A stretch of DNA of 64,000 nt from Planctomycetota bacterium (GCA_965248445.1 CBDFJG010000003.1:288001-352000), one strand, 5' to 3'. Counted from the first letter of the stretch, positions 9,034 to 19,586 are shown. Program-made: numbers and translations. Notes: generated by a model from the sequence alone, not told the origin.

Positions 9034-10702
9034 CCCGAATCGTTCACCAGCCGGGAATCTGAGCGGGCCGTCGTCTGTCTAAGTGCTCGTACTCGCTAGT
9101 ACTTGCACCGACAGGAGCGCCGGCCCGATGACGACAGACTGTAGCCCGCAGGGGACCCTCTTCGCGGGCATCTGTGGACGCACCGCGGTGACGCGCTTCG
9201 ACGCCGGTACCGTGACGAGCGACGGGGGCGTGCTGCTGCTCGAGCGGACCGATCGTCGCATCGATCTGCTCTCGCGGTTTGCGCGCTGCTTCGGGGACCA
9301 CCGGGACCCGCGTCGGGTCGAGCACACGGTCGGCCAGATGCTGCGTCAGCGGGTCTTCGGGCTGTGCGCGGGCTACGAGGATCTGGTGGACCACGACCAT
9401 GTCGGCAAGGACCCGCTGTTTGCCGCGGCGTGCGGCAAGCGCGAGGGTGCTCTGGCCACGCACCCGACGCTCTCGCGGCTCGAGACCACGCAGCTCGGCG
9501 CCACGGCACAGACGCGCTACGCCAAGATCGAGATGGACCAGGAGCGCGTGGACAGCGTGCTCAGCGACGTCTTCTGCGAGGCCATGGGGCCGGAGGATCC
9601 GGGCCTGCTCGTGCTGGACCTGGACCACTCCGACGTGCGGCTGCACGGCCGGCAGGAGGGCCGCTTCTTCCACGGCTACTACGGGCACTACTGCTACCTG
9701 CCGCTGTACGTCTTCTGCGGCGAGCACCTCTTGCTCGCTCGGCTCCAGACCGCTGACAGAGATCCCGCGCGCGGAGTCGTGGACGAGCTCCGTGCGCTGG
9801 TCTTACGTCTGCGGCGCCGCTGGCCCCGGGCCAAGGTGCTCGTGCGCGCAGACTCGGGCTTTTGCCGCGAGGAGCTGATGGCCTGGTGCGAGGCCGCCGG
9901 CCACTTCTACCTGCTGGGCATGGCGCGCAATGAGCGCCTTGAGCGACACGTCGAAGACGCGCTCGATGAGGCCGCAGCCCGTGCCGTGCAGACCGGCCGA
10001 GCAGCCCGGGTCTTTCGCGACTTTGCCTGGACCACGCTGGGGAGCTGGAGCCAGAGGCGTCGCGTGGTCGCCAAGGCCGAGCACCTGCCGGGCGGCAAGC
10101 GCAATCCCCGCTTCGTGGTGACCAATCTGCCGCCTCGTAGCTGGAGCAGCAAGCGTCTCTACGAGCAGCTCTACTGCGCCCGGGGCGAGGCGGAGAATCG
10201 CATCAAGGAGCAGCAGCTCGAGCTCTTCGGCACCCGTCTGTCGGTGCACACGATGCAGGGCAACGCCGTGCGGATGGCCATGTCGGCCATGGCCTACGTC
10301 CTGACCTGTGCGCTGCGACGCATCGGTCTCGCCGGCACCGAGATGGCGCGTGCGCAAGCCGGCACGATCCGCCTGCGGCTGCTCAAGATCGGCGCGCTCG
10401 TGCGGATCACGACGCGCCGGATCTGGGTCTCGATGTCCTCGTCGTGGCCCTGGCAGCACGTCTTCGAGCGCTGCGCGCAACGACTGCTGGCATCCCCGAA
10501 GCCGACCTGACGTCCCGCCGCGCCGTCCGCCACACCACCGCCCGGCCTACGGTCTGCCCACACCGCAGAATCCGCGCCGTTTCGGCCGCTCACTCGCGTT
10601 GCCCTTGTGGCAACGACGACAGCATCCGCCCTCGCCTGGCCAAGATCTGACCCTGTGGACTCCGAAAGCACCGTCATCGCGACGTCTCGTGAACAGATGC
10701 GG
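9034..10702 (+). mobile_element. IS1380-family element, copy 1 (1,669 bp)
   Basis: Ends CCCGAATCGTTCAC and GTGAACAGATGCGG; CTAG on both flanks; three near-identical copies in the window. Confidence 0.92.
9128..10510 (+). CDS. IS1380-family transposase
   Basis: TSDGGVLLL, GYEDLVDHD, HGRQEGRFFHGYY, VRADSGF and YCARGEAENRIKE motifs; AGGAG RBS before ATG 9128. Confidence 0.93.
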   Translation: MTTDCSPQGTLFAGICGRTAVTRFDAGTVTSDGGVLLLERTDRRIDLLSRFARCFGDHRDPRRVEHTVGQMLRQRVFGLCAGYEDLVDHDHVGKDPLFAAACGKREGALATHPTLSRLETTQLGATAQTRYAKIEMDQERVDSVLSDVFCEAMGPEDPGLLVLDLDHSDVRLHGRQEGRFFHGYYGHYCYLPLYVFCGEHLLLARLQTADRDPARGVVDELRALVLRLRRRWPRAKVLVRADSGFCREELMAWCEAAGHFYLLGMARNERLERHVEDALDEAAARAVQTGRAARVFRDFAWTTLGSWSQRRRVVAKAEHLPGGKRNPRFVVTNLPPRSWSSKRLYEQLYCARGEAENRIKEQQLELFGTRLSVHTMQGNAVRMAMSAMAYVLTCALRRIGLAGTEMARAQAGTIRLRLLKIGALVRITTRRIWVSMSSSWPWQHVFERCAQRLLASPKPT

Positions 10703-10755
10703 CTAGCCGCGCTGGATAGCGCCGCCCGCGACGGCCCTGGTCAGGAGAGCGCAGC

Positions 10756-11205
10756 TCAGAACTGTCGCTCGAACCGCTCGCGCGGGTGCGGCGCGTGGTC
10801 CTGCCAGTAGCTCTCGGCAGGCTCGGCGCCGCGGTCCAGCGGGTCCTTGCCGAACAGGCGCACCAAGAGCGCGGTCGGAGTGACGACCAGCAGGTAGAGC
10901 AGCGTGAACATGGGCACGGCGAAGATCACGCCCAGCAGCATCCCGAACGAAACCCACGCGCGCGCGGGACCCTCCGGCCAGCGCGGATTGAGCAGGCCGA
11001 GCAGCACCAGCGCGAGGTGCGCTCCGAGCGCTGCGTAGATCAGCCACGTCACGTCCTGCCACCAACCCCATCCGGCGGCGGCCCAGAGCGCCACGCCGAA
11101 CACGAGGCCCACGTAGCGGAGCTCCTTCGGCGAGACGCGCACCATGCCGAGGTTCGCGAACGGCGAGACCAGCCCGAGCAGGTTGATGAGGCGTGCGCGT
11201 TGCAT
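10756..11205 (-). CDS. SxtJ-family membrane protein
   Basis: KELRYVGL, several TM segments, VVTP...GKDPL...SYW...FERQF C-terminus; coupled to the carbamoyltransferase. Confidence 0.75.
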   Translation of the reverse strand: MQRARLINLLGLVSPFANLGMVRVSPKELRYVGLVFGVALWAAAGWGWWQDVTWLIYAALGAHLALVLLGLLNPRWPEGPARAWVSFGMLLGVIFAVPMFTLLYLLVVTPTALLVRLFGKDPLDRGAEPAESYWQDHAPHPRERFERQF

Positions 11206-13019
11206 CAATCGAGTGCGAGCGCCCCCTGACGCTCGTCGGCCGTCAGCGCCGGCTGGTCCTCCCGGTCGAGCACGAAGCGGCCGATTACCAGGTGATCCAT
11301 GCCCGTGCGCCGGAAGCACGCCAGTCCGTCGGCCGGTGTGCAGACGATCGGCTCACCGCGCACATTGAAGCTCGTGTTGATCAGCACGGGACAGCCGGTC
11401 AGCCGCTCGAACGCCGTCAGCAGCTCCCAGTAGCGCGCGTTCGTCTCGCGACTGACGGTCTGGACGCGGGCCGAGCCGTCCACGTGCGTCACCGCCGGGA
11501 TCGTCGACCGCGCGACCTGCAGGCGCTCGATGCCGGTCTTCTCCGCTTCGCTCGCCGGCGGCGCAACGCGCTGTCCCTCGGCGACCTGATCCACGAGCAC
11601 CATGTACGGGCTGTCGGTGCGCAGCGCGAACCAGTCGCGCGCCTTCTCCGCCAGCACCGATGGAGCGAACGGCCGGAACGACTCGCGGTACTTGATCTTG
11701 AGGTTCATGTGCCGCTGCATCGCGGGGTTCCGCGGGTCGCCGAGGATGCTGCGCGAACCGAGGGCGCGGGGGCCGTACTCCATCCGGCCCTGGAACCAGC
11801 CGACGACCTTGCCGTCGGCCAGCAACTGCGCAGTGTGCCCGGCGACGTCGTCGGACTCCGTGTACTTGGCGCCGGCGTCGTCGAGCACACGGCGGATCTC
11901 GTCGTCCGTGAACGACGGCCCGAGGTAGCTGCCGAGCATGGCGTCCTGGCGCGCAGGGTCCACCCGTCTCTCGTTGCCGAGGTAACGGTGCCAGACGGCC
12001 AGCGCCGCGCCGAGGGCGCCTCCCGCGTCCCCCGAAGCCGGCTGCACCCAGATGCGCTCGAACGGGCCTTCGCGGAGGATGCGGCCGTTGCCCACGCAGT
12101 TGAGAGCGACACCACCGGCGAGGCAGAGGTTCCTTGCGCCCGTCTCTCGGTGCGCGTAACGCGCGATCCGCAGCATCGCTTCCTCGGTGACGGCCTGGAT
12201 GGACCGCGCGACGTCCATGTGGAACGGCTCGAGCGGCGACTCCGGCTCGCGCCGCGGCCGCCCGAACAGCTCGTCGAACTTGGGCGACGTCATGCGCAGC
12301 GTCGCGAGGTACCCGAAGTAGTCGAGGTTCAGCCGGAACGAGCCGTCTTCCCGCAGATCGATCAGGTTCTCGAGGATCAGGTCCGCGTACTTCGGCTCGC
12401 CGTACGGCGCGAGTCCCATGACCTTGTACTCGCCGGAGTTCACGCGGAATCCGAGCCAATACGTGACCGCCGAGTACAGGAGCCCGAGTGAGTGGGGGAA
12501 GCGGATGTCGCGCAGGATCGAGAGGTCGCTGCCCTCGCCCAGACCAACCGATGTGGTGGTCCACTCCCCGACACCGTCCATCGTGACGACGGCCGCGCGC
12601 TCGAACGGCGAGGGGTAGAACGCCGACGCTGCGTGACTCTCGTGATGTTCGGCGAACAGGATCTTGTCGTCGTAGCCCGGCAGCGCCTTCTTGACGCGGT
12701 CGCCGATCCAGAGCTTCTCCTTCATCCACGTCGGGCCGAAGCGCAGCCAGTTGGGCAGCCCGCGGGGCGCGATCGACACGAACGTCTCGAGAATGCGGAA
12801 GAACTTCAGCACCGGCTTGTCGTAGAACGCGACCGCAGAGAGGTCGGCGGCGGTGATCCCGCCCTCGCGCAGGACGAACTCCACCGCCGCGTGCGGGAAC
12901 CCGGCATCGTGCTTCTTGCGGGTGAACCGCTCCTCCGACGCCGCAGCCACGATCTCCCCGTCTCGCACGAGGCAAGCGGCGGAGTCGTGGTAGTAGCAGG
13001 AGATCCCCAAGACGTGCAC
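11205..13019 (-). CDS. O-carbamoyltransferase (NodU/CmcH/SxtI family)
   Basis: YYHDSAA, EERFTRKKHD, EHHESHAASAF, GEYKVMGLAPYG, KYRESFRPFAP and NTSFNVRGEPIV motifs. Confidence 0.93.
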   Translation of the reverse strand: MHVLGISCYYHDSAACLVRDGEIVAAASEERFTRKKHDAGFPHAAVEFVLREGGITAADLSAVAFYDKPVLKFFRILETFVSIAPRGLPNWLRFGPTWMKEKLWIGDRVKKALPGYDDKILFAEHHESHAASAFYPSPFERAAVVTMDGVGEWTTTSVGLGEGSDLSILRDIRFPHSLGLLYSAVTYWLGFRVNSGEYKVMGLAPYGEPKYADLILENLIDLREDGSFRLNLDYFGYLATLRMTSPKFDELFGRPRREPESPLEPFHMDVARSIQAVTEEAMLRIARYAHRETGARNLCLAGGVALNCVGNGRILREGPFERIWVQPASGDAGGALGAALAVWHRYLGNERRVDPARQDAMLGSYLGPSFTDDEIRRVLDDAGAKYTESDDVAGHTAQLLADGKVVGWFQGRMEYGPRALGSRSILGDPRNPAMQRHMNLKIKYRESFRPFAPSVLAEKARDWFALRTDSPYMVLVDQVAEGQRVAPPASEAEKTGIERLQVARSTIPAVTHVDGSARVQTVSRETNARYWELLTAFERLTGCPVLINTSFNVRGEPIVCTPADGLACFRRTGMDHLVIGRFVLDREDQPALTADERQGALALD

Positions 13020-13074
13020 GCGCGCACACTACACAGAGGCTCGGTCAGGCGAAGCTCGGCCCCGGACCGTACGC

Positions 13075-13983
13075 TCAGGCGGTCGCCGGATCAGCGCCGC
13101 CGCCGCGGGCTGCGGCGGCCAGCAGCGCGCAGCCGATCAGCAACACGGCGCCTCCGCACCACTCGCGCATCGACCTGCGCTCGTGAAGCAACGCCATCGC
13201 GAGCACGGCCGCGACCAGTGGCTGGCCCTGATTGATGATCGCCGCCTTCGCGAGATCCACGTGGCGGAGTGACAACAGGAACAACATGCGCGCCGTAGTG
13301 GGGGCCAACACAGCCACGCCGAGCGTGCCGGCCAGCAGTGTGTTCGACGGCGTCTGCCACTTGCCCGCTACGACGACCGCGATCGCGAAGAAGACGATCA
13401 GGAACGCGTTGCGGAGGATCAGGAACGGTCCGACCATCTCGCGCTGCGCCGCCCGTTTCGAGAAGACCTCGGAGATACCGAAGACGCTCGCCCCGACGAG
13501 CATCAAGACGATTCCCTCGGTGCGTCGAGGGTCCGGCGCGCCGAATTCCTCCGGTAGGCTCATGACAATGATCCCGGCCACGGCGAGCAGGCCGCCGACG
13601 AGTTCCATCCGGTGGAACCGCTCGCGCAGGAAGAGCACGCCGACCGCCACGGCCACCAGCGTCTCCGCGCGATTCAGGAACGATGCGAGCGATGCGTCGA
13701 TCCGGCTGACACCTGCCCAAAAGGACCACACGGCGACGAACGACAAAGAGGAGTGTCCGAGTGCGAGCAGCGCCGTGCGCCGGTCCGGGCGCCGCCATTG
13801 GCGCACGGCGACCGTCATGAGCGCGGAGAGCGGCATCCCGAACGTGAAGAGGAGCAGGTTGAAGAGCAGCGGGTGCGCCTCACCGACAGCGAGCTTCCCG
13901 ACGACGATCGCGCCTCCCGCGCAAGCAGCGCACCCCGCAGCGAGCAGGTACCCGCGGGCGGGGCGACGCTCGGCCGCGATCAC
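13075..13983 (-). CDS. DMT/EamA-family transporter
   Basis: About ten hydrophobic segments in two repeats with LFLRER and LLHER motifs; GTG start overlaps the LOG stop. Confidence 0.82.
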   Translation of the reverse strand: MIAAERRPARGYLLAAGCAACAGGAIVVGKLAVGEAHPLLFNLLLFTFGMPLSALMTVAVRQWRRPDRRTALLALGHSSLSFVAVWSFWAGVSRIDASLASFLNRAETLVAVAVGVLFLRERFHRMELVGGLLAVAGIIVMSLPEEFGAPDPRRTEGIVLMLVGASVFGISEVFSKRAAQREMVGPFLILRNAFLIVFFAIAVVVAGKWQTPSNTLLAGTLGVAVLAPTTARMLFLLSLRHVDLAKAAIINQGQPLVAAVLAMALLHERRSMREWCGGAVLLIGCALLAAAARGGGADPATA

Positions 13984-14891
13984 GGCAGATAGTCTTGCGC
14001 GCCCATCAACTCCTCGGTGTTGCCCTCCTGCAGCCCATTCAGCTCGGCGTGGAAGTGACAGATGTACTCCCACGCGGCCTCGGCGGTGTCGCACGTGTGC
14101 ATCAGGTCGAGGTCGCTCGGCGAGATCGTCCCGGCTGCCGCCAGGTAGTCCCAGTCGACGATCCGCGACCAGAACTCCTCGCCGACGAGCACGATGGGGA
14201 TCGGCACCATCTTCTGCGTCTGCACGAGCGTGAGCGTCTCGAACAACTCGTCGAGCGTGCCGAACCCTCCGGGAAAGAAGACCGCCGCCTTCGCGCGCAG
14301 CAGCAGGTGCATCTTGCGGACCGCGAAGTAGTGGAAGGTGAAGCAGAGCTCGGGCGTGATGTAGGGATTCGGCGCCTGTTCGAACGGCAGCGTGATGTTC
14401 ATGCCGATCGTGGTCTTGCCCGCGTCCCACGCGCCGCGGTTACCGCCCTCCATGATCCCCGGGCCGCCGCCGGTGACGATCACGTAGTGCAGGCGGCCAC
14501 CGCTCTGGCACTCCTCGGACACGAGTTCCCCGAACTTGCGCGCCTCCTCGTAGTACCGCGCCTTCTCGGCGAGGCTGCGGGCCCGCGCGAGGTCCTGCTC
14601 GGCGCCGGCGTCGCCCGGGTTGGCTTCCAGCGCGCGCTCTGCCGACTCGATGAGACCCACAGCCGCCGCCGGATCCGGCACACGGGCTCCGCCGAACAGC
14701 ACGACGGTGCTCTCGATCCCCTGCTCCTGGAGGAGTAGCTCCGCCTTCAACAGCTCGAGCTGGAGTCGCACCGGCCGGAGTTCGGGGCGGTGCAGCAGTC
14801 CGACGTCCTCGTACGCGCGGAGGTACGCCGGGTTCTGCAGGATGCGCCGCAGGTTCTCGGCCGGTGTGCGCTTGTTCGGACCGCTCATCAT
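13980..14891 (-). CDS. LOG-family (TIGR00730-like) Rossmann-fold protein
   Basis: TGGGPGIMEGGNRGA, LPFEQAPNPY and PGGFGTLDELFE motifs. Confidence 0.88.
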   Translation of the reverse strand: MMSGPNKRTPAENLRRILQNPAYLRAYEDVGLLHRPELRPVRLQLELLKAELLLQEQGIESTVVLFGGARVPDPAAAVGLIESAERALEANPGDAGAEQDLARARSLAEKARYYEEARKFGELVSEECQSGGRLHYVIVTGGGPGIMEGGNRGAWDAGKTTIGMNITLPFEQAPNPYITPELCFTFHYFAVRKMHLLLRAKAAVFFPGGFGTLDELFETLTLVQTQKMVPIPIVLVGEEFWSRIVDWDYLAAAGTISPSDLDLMHTCDTAEAAWEYICHFHAELNGLQEGNTEELMGAQDYLP

Positions 14892-14975
14892 CGCCTCCGG
14901 GGAAGCCCGCGACGTTAGCGCTACCCCGCACCTTCCGCACCTTCCGCGGAAGGGGGCCGATAGACTCCCCGTCCC

Positions 14976-16571
14976 ATGTCCTCCGAGCGCTTCTACGTCA
15001 CCACCCCGATCTACTACGTGAACGACCGTCCGCACGTGGGCCACGCGTACACGACCGTGCTGGCGGACGTGCTGGCCGGGTATCACCGCATGCTCGGCAT
15101 CCCGACGTGGTTCCTGACGGGGACCGACGAGCACGGGCAGAAGGTGCAGGAGTCAGCCCAGGCGCGAGGCATCACCCCACAGGCGCTGACCGACGAGATG
15201 TCGGAGCACTACCGGGATCTGTTTGGGCTGCTGGGAGTGCGGAACAACGACTTCATTCGCACGACGGAGGAGCGCCACACGTCGGTCGTGCGGCAGGTGC
15301 TCACGGACCTGAACGACCGCGGCGATATCTACAAGGACGCGTACGAGGGCTGGTACTGCGCCCGCTGCGAGCGGTACTGGACCGAACGGGAGGTCAAGGA
15401 GCGGGGCGGCGGGCGCTGCCCTGATCACCCTGACCGGCATGAGGTCGCGCGGGTCGCCGAGGAGAACTACTTCTTCCGCATGTCCGCCTACGCCGATCGC
15501 CTGCGGGAGGCGATCGAGACGGATGCGTTCGAGATCACTCCGGAGAAGCGCAAGAACGAAGTGCTCGGGTTCCTGCGGCAGGGACTGGGCGACCTCTGCA
15601 TCAGCCGCAGCGCGGAGCGCATGTCCTGGGGCGTGCCGCTGCCGTTCGACGAGGACTACGTCTGCTATGTCTGGGTGGACGCGCTCTTCAACTACAAGAC
15701 CGCGGTCGGGTACCGCGCCGACGACGAGCGCCATGACAAGTGGTGGCCCGCCGACGTGCACCTGATCGGCAAGGACATCCTGACGACGCACTGCGTCTAC
15801 TGGCCGACGCTGCTCATGGCGGTCGGGGAGCCGCTGCCAAGGCGGGTGCTGGCGCACGGTTGGCTGCTCGATCCCAAGGGCGGGAAGCTGAGCAAGAGCA
15901 AGCGGCTCGACGATGACGGCGGCAACGTGTCGTCCGAGCCGACGATCGAGGGACTGCTCGAGGTGCTTGGGACGGACGTGACGCGCTGGTTCCTTGCCAC
16001 GGCCGGGAAACCGGGCGACGACATGCCGTTCAAGTGGGACATCGTGCGCGAGCGCGTGAACACCGATCTCGCGAACGGACTCGGCAACACCGCGAACCGC
16101 CTGCTGAAGATGGCGGCGGGTGCGTGCGATTCGAAGTTCCCGGGCCTCGGGCCCGCGGGACCGGGCGAGCAGATCGTCCGCGCAGCAGCCGAAGCGGCCG
16201 TCGCGGCGGCCGTCCGCATTCCCGAGACCCTCGACGTGACGTCCGTCGTCACCGCCGTACGGCTCGGTGTGGACGCGATTTCCGCCTATCTGCAGGACGA
16301 GAAGCCGTGGAAGCTCGTGAAGGACGAAGCGGGACTTCCGCGGGCGCGGGAAGTCCTCGGGTGTGCGCTGGCGGCGCTGCGACTGCTCGGTCTGGCCGTG
16401 CACCCGATCCTGCCGGCGTCGAGCGACGCGCTGCGCGCGGCCCTCGGCATCGAGGGAGACGTCGACTTCGCGGCGGAGTCGTCGTTCGAGGCCTATCCGG
16501 TGGGGGCGGCGCTCGGCGAGCCGCCGAACCTGTTCCCACGGGTCAAGCCAGAGGACATCCCCGCGGCGTGA
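14976..16571 (+). CDS. metG: Methionine--tRNA ligase
   Basis: FYVTTPIYYVN, HVGH (HIGH), GTDEHGQK, YVWVDAL and KLSKS (KMSKS) motifs. Confidence 0.93.
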   Translation: MSSERFYVTTPIYYVNDRPHVGHAYTTVLADVLAGYHRMLGIPTWFLTGTDEHGQKVQESAQARGITPQALTDEMSEHYRDLFGLLGVRNNDFIRTTEERHTSVVRQVLTDLNDRGDIYKDAYEGWYCARCERYWTEREVKERGGGRCPDHPDRHEVARVAEENYFFRMSAYADRLREAIETDAFEITPEKRKNEVLGFLRQGLGDLCISRSAERMSWGVPLPFDEDYVCYVWVDALFNYKTAVGYRADDERHDKWWPADVHLIGKDILTTHCVYWPTLLMAVGEPLPRRVLAHGWLLDPKGGKLSKSKRLDDDGGNVSSEPTIEGLLEVLGTDVTRWFLATAGKPGDDMPFKWDIVRERVNTDLANGLGNTANRLLKMAAGACDSKFPGLGPAGPGEQIVRAAAEAAVAAAVRIPETLDVTSVVTAVRLGVDAISAYLQDEKPWKLVKDEAGLPRAREVLGCALAALRLLGLAVHPILPASSDALRAALGIEGDVDFAAESSFEAYPVGAALGEPPNLFPRVKPEDIPAA

Positions 16572-16966
16572 GCGATGACCCGGTCTCCGACATCCGGCAG
16601 AAGGACGATCGCTACCCGCGCTCGGCGTACGACCTGGTGCGCGAGGCCATGCGGCACACGCTCGAGACGCTCGGGGAGCGGCGGCACGTCACCGCGAGCG
16701 AGTTGCTCGAGGGGCTCGGCGTGTTCGCGCGCGCACAGTACGGCCCGCTCGCCCGCACGGTGCTGCGCAGTTGCGGGCTGAACTCGACCGGCAACGTCGG
16801 CGACGTCGTCTTCAACCTGATCGAGGCGGAGGAATTCGGCCGCAACGAAGGCGACACGCGCGAGGACTTCGACGACGTGTACGACTTCGACACGGCGTTC
16901 CCCGGCGAGACCGGCCCGGTCACGGTCCACGATCCGCGCAAGGACGACGACATCTGGGAAGAGTGA
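16568..16966 (+). CDS. Minf_1886-like (PVC-restricted) conserved protein
   Basis: DDRYPRSAYDLVREAM, RHVTASELL, YGPLARTVL, GDVVFNLIE and DTREDFDDVYDF; GTG overlaps the metG stop. Confidence 0.75.
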   Translation: MSDDPVSDIRQKDDRYPRSAYDLVREAMRHTLETLGERRHVTASELLEGLGVFARAQYGPLARTVLRSCGLNSTGNVGDVVFNLIEAEEFGRNEGDTREDFDDVYDFDTAFPGETGPVTVHDPRKDDDIWEE

Positions 16967-17001
16967 GTGAGCGCCCCCGTCTCAGGGGGCGCGACACGAA
17001 C

Positions 17002-17223
17002 GCCCGTGTGTCCTCGTTCGCGCGCCAGCGAACGAGGAACGGGAAGCCGTAAACAACGGCTTCCCGAGCGGGACAGACGCGGTGTCCGACCGTCCCTAGT
17101 CGCCCCCGTATCCATGCTCCTTCGCACGACGCTCGCGAAGAACGTCTCGGGGGCCCGTGTGTCCTCGTTCGCGCGCCAGCGAACGAGGAACGGGAAGCCG
17201 TAAACAACGGCTTCCCGAGCGGG
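17002..17223. repeat. Two identical 71-bp double-hairpin (REP/BIME-like) units
   Basis: 17002-17072 equals 17153-17223; each unit has stems TCCTCGTTCGC/GCGAACGAGGA and CGGGAAGCCGT/ACGGCTTCCCG. Confidence 0.88.
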
Positions 17224-17450
17224 GCGGACGCGGCCGCAGCGCTCAGGACGTGATCTTTTAGTGCAGATCAGAACGGGAAGCCGCCCCGGAACAGCAACAG
17301 GGTGAGAGCAGTCACCACGATGATCACGGCCTCGTCGATCAGTACGATTCGAACCACCGGGGACGCCGCTCGTACCGTCGCCCGACGCAGCCGTCCGGTC
17401 GCGGTCGCCGACGTTTCGGGCTTGCGTGGAGGATGAGCTGCGCCCGCTCG

Positions 17451-19586
17451 CTACGGGCCCGTGATCTCGGTGGTCGCCGGCAGCGGCGCACGGCGCTTGG
17501 CCGCCCACGTGCGGATCGCCTCGGGGCGCCCGCGGATCTCGGTGAGCACGTCGAGCCAGGTGGCCGTTGCCTTCGGGATCTCGCTCGTCGGCGCCCACTT
17601 GCCCGCGGTGTACGCCTCGTACTTCCCGTCCGTCTTGCGATACGCCTGCCCGTCGTCGGTGACCGCGATCGCGGGACCCTCCGGCGCCGGCTCGTTCGTG
17701 CGATCACCGAGCGGGACCGTCTCGGCGAGGATGCCGTCCAGCGCAACGATGTTCTCGTTGCGCGTGAACGACATCAGCACCTTCGGCCGCTTGGCCGAGG
17801 TGTCGAACGAGTCGTCCGGCGCGTCGTACCGGAACATGCGCCGCCCGCCCTGGCGATAGCGGTTCGCGTACCCGCTCACGCGGCCGTAGCTCGCCGTGTA
17901 GTTGGACCAGAGCGTGGCCTTGGCACTGCCGTTGTCCTGATACAGGACCGAGCGCGGCCGGAACGTCCCGCTCACGGGGTCGTACCAGCGGTTCTCCCCG
18001 AACGAGCGCGCGCACGGGTACCAGTTCTTGTTGCGCATCAAGCCGCGGCGACGGAAGCCCGTGCCGAAGACCGGCGCGCCCCTGTGGATGAAAACTCCCT
18101 GCGCTGCCGCCGTCGTCTCGGTGCTGACGGTGTTCTCCAGGATGCCCAGCGGCTTGGTCGTGTTGACGTGCAACAGGCCGCACGACGTCGGCAGCGGCAG
18201 CATGCCTTCGGGCAGGGCGTCGACCGGCTTGTACTTCGTCTTGCCGTTCTCGCTCATGAACCACATGCCGTCCGCCCAGGCGTAGTACGCGCCAGCGAAG
18301 CCGATGACGTCGTCTTCGCTGTTGGTGACGAGACGTGCCGTGGTCCCTTCGATGGGCGCGGTCTGCGGATCCTTGCCCTTCATCCGCACGTCGGCGCGTA
18401 CGCGCTTCTTGATCGTCGCCCGCTGGCGCAGATTCGCGCGCGCCACGGCCTCGTTCGCCTGCGGCGTGCCGGGGACGCAAGAGAGCATGTGGCCCTTCAC
18501 GTGGTCCGCGGGAATCTGCGCGAACTCCGGCGGCAGGTTGCCGAAGTTGGCGCCCCACGGGCCATCGATCTTGTCCGCGGTGAACCAGCGGCCGGAGATC
18601 AGCAGGTAGTACTTGAGCGACTTGGGGTGGAACAGCAGGTCGCTCTCCGTGTTCGCCACGACCTGGAGTTTGTCGCCGGGCATCAGCATGAAGAGCGGAT
18701 CACCGAGCAGGCGCACGAGTTCTGCGGGCTTCTGCCGCACGATCACCTGGGGCAGCGGATCGGGGGGTTTGGGTGCGCCGTCGGGGAACCGCCGCTTGAA
18801 CCTGCGCGTGCCGGGGATGAAACGGCGCATGTGTCCGCGCGCGTGATCCACGGGCAACTGCGTCAGTGCGATGGGCAGCTTCTCGGGCGACGCCCATGGG
18901 CCGACGAGTGAATCGGCCTTCAGCCAGTAGCCGTCCAGCAGCAGGAACCACTTGCCGTTCGAATTCTTCAGCAGGTCGGCTGCGCTGTTCGCAACGTACT
19001 CGAGCGGCAGATCGCCGAGCGGCTGCATCACGGGTTCGCCGTCGATCTGCACGAGCACCGACGGCCGCCGCCGCACGATGATCTCGGGGGGCGTGATCTT
19101 CAGCTTGATTCCAGCGTCCGCGTGCGTTTGCCCCGGGCGGGCGGTGATCAGTTCGAGCCGCAGAACGTGACGCTTGGGCCAGGCTTCCGGAAGCGCCGCG
19201 GCGAGTTCTGCGCCCTTCTCGAGGGACGGCACCGCCGCCGTGAGCGTCTCGGCCGTTATCCCGTCAATCTGCACCAGGCCCGCCGGGACGTCGAGCCGCG
19301 CCGTTCCACTGACGGCGACCACTCCCATGTGGGTGCCGCCCAACGAGTCCGTCACTTCGATCGGGATGCGGAGAGAGACGGCACGCGTCTCGTCGTCGTA
19401 GGAGACGACCTCCGGCTCGTGAAGGGCGACCTTGCGTCCGGCGGCCTTGATGCTCCGCGGGTAGACCCAGGGGGTGGGGTTCTCGGACTTCGCCTCCTGT
19501 GCGCCGGCCGGTGGGGCCACGGCGGTGGAGGCGAGGACGAGCGCGAGGGCGGCGAGGACGGCGAGGACGGCGAGGCATGGACGCAT
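17451..19586 (-). CDS. Large secreted hypothetical protein with internal repeats
   Basis: Signal peptide; repeated P-x-L-V...G-x-P...VAN(S/T)-x-x-D-L...W...GPW units. Confidence 0.75.
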   Translation of the reverse strand: MRPCLAVLAVLAALALVLASTAVAPPAGAQEAKSENPTPWVYPRSIKAAGRKVALHEPEVVSYDDETRAVSLRIPIEVTDSLGGTHMGVVAVSGTARLDVPAGLVQIDGITAETLTAAVPSLEKGAELAAALPEAWPKRHVLRLELITARPGQTHADAGIKLKITPPEIIVRRRPSVLVQIDGEPVMQPLGDLPLEYVANSAADLLKNSNGKWFLLLDGYWLKADSLVGPWASPEKLPIALTQLPVDHARGHMRRFIPGTRRFKRRFPDGAPKPPDPLPQVIVRQKPAELVRLLGDPLFMLMPGDKLQVVANTESDLLFHPKSLKYYLLISGRWFTADKIDGPWGANFGNLPPEFAQIPADHVKGHMLSCVPGTPQANEAVARANLRQRATIKKRVRADVRMKGKDPQTAPIEGTTARLVTNSEDDVIGFAGAYYAWADGMWFMSENGKTKYKPVDALPEGMLPLPTSCGLLHVNTTKPLGILENTVSTETTAAAQGVFIHRGAPVFGTGFRRRGLMRNKNWYPCARSFGENRWYDPVSGTFRPRSVLYQDNGSAKATLWSNYTASYGRVSGYANRYRQGGRRMFRYDAPDDSFDTSAKRPKVLMSFTRNENIVALDGILAETVPLGDRTNEPAPEGPAIAVTDDGQAYRKTDGKYEAYTAGKWAPTSEIPKATATWLDVLTEIRGRPEAIRTWAAKRRAPLPATTEITGP

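Noticed and set aside
10756..13019. Saxitoxin biosynthesis cluster
   Set aside because: Only SxtI/SxtJ-like genes, which are widespread; no sxtA, sxtG or other pathway genes.
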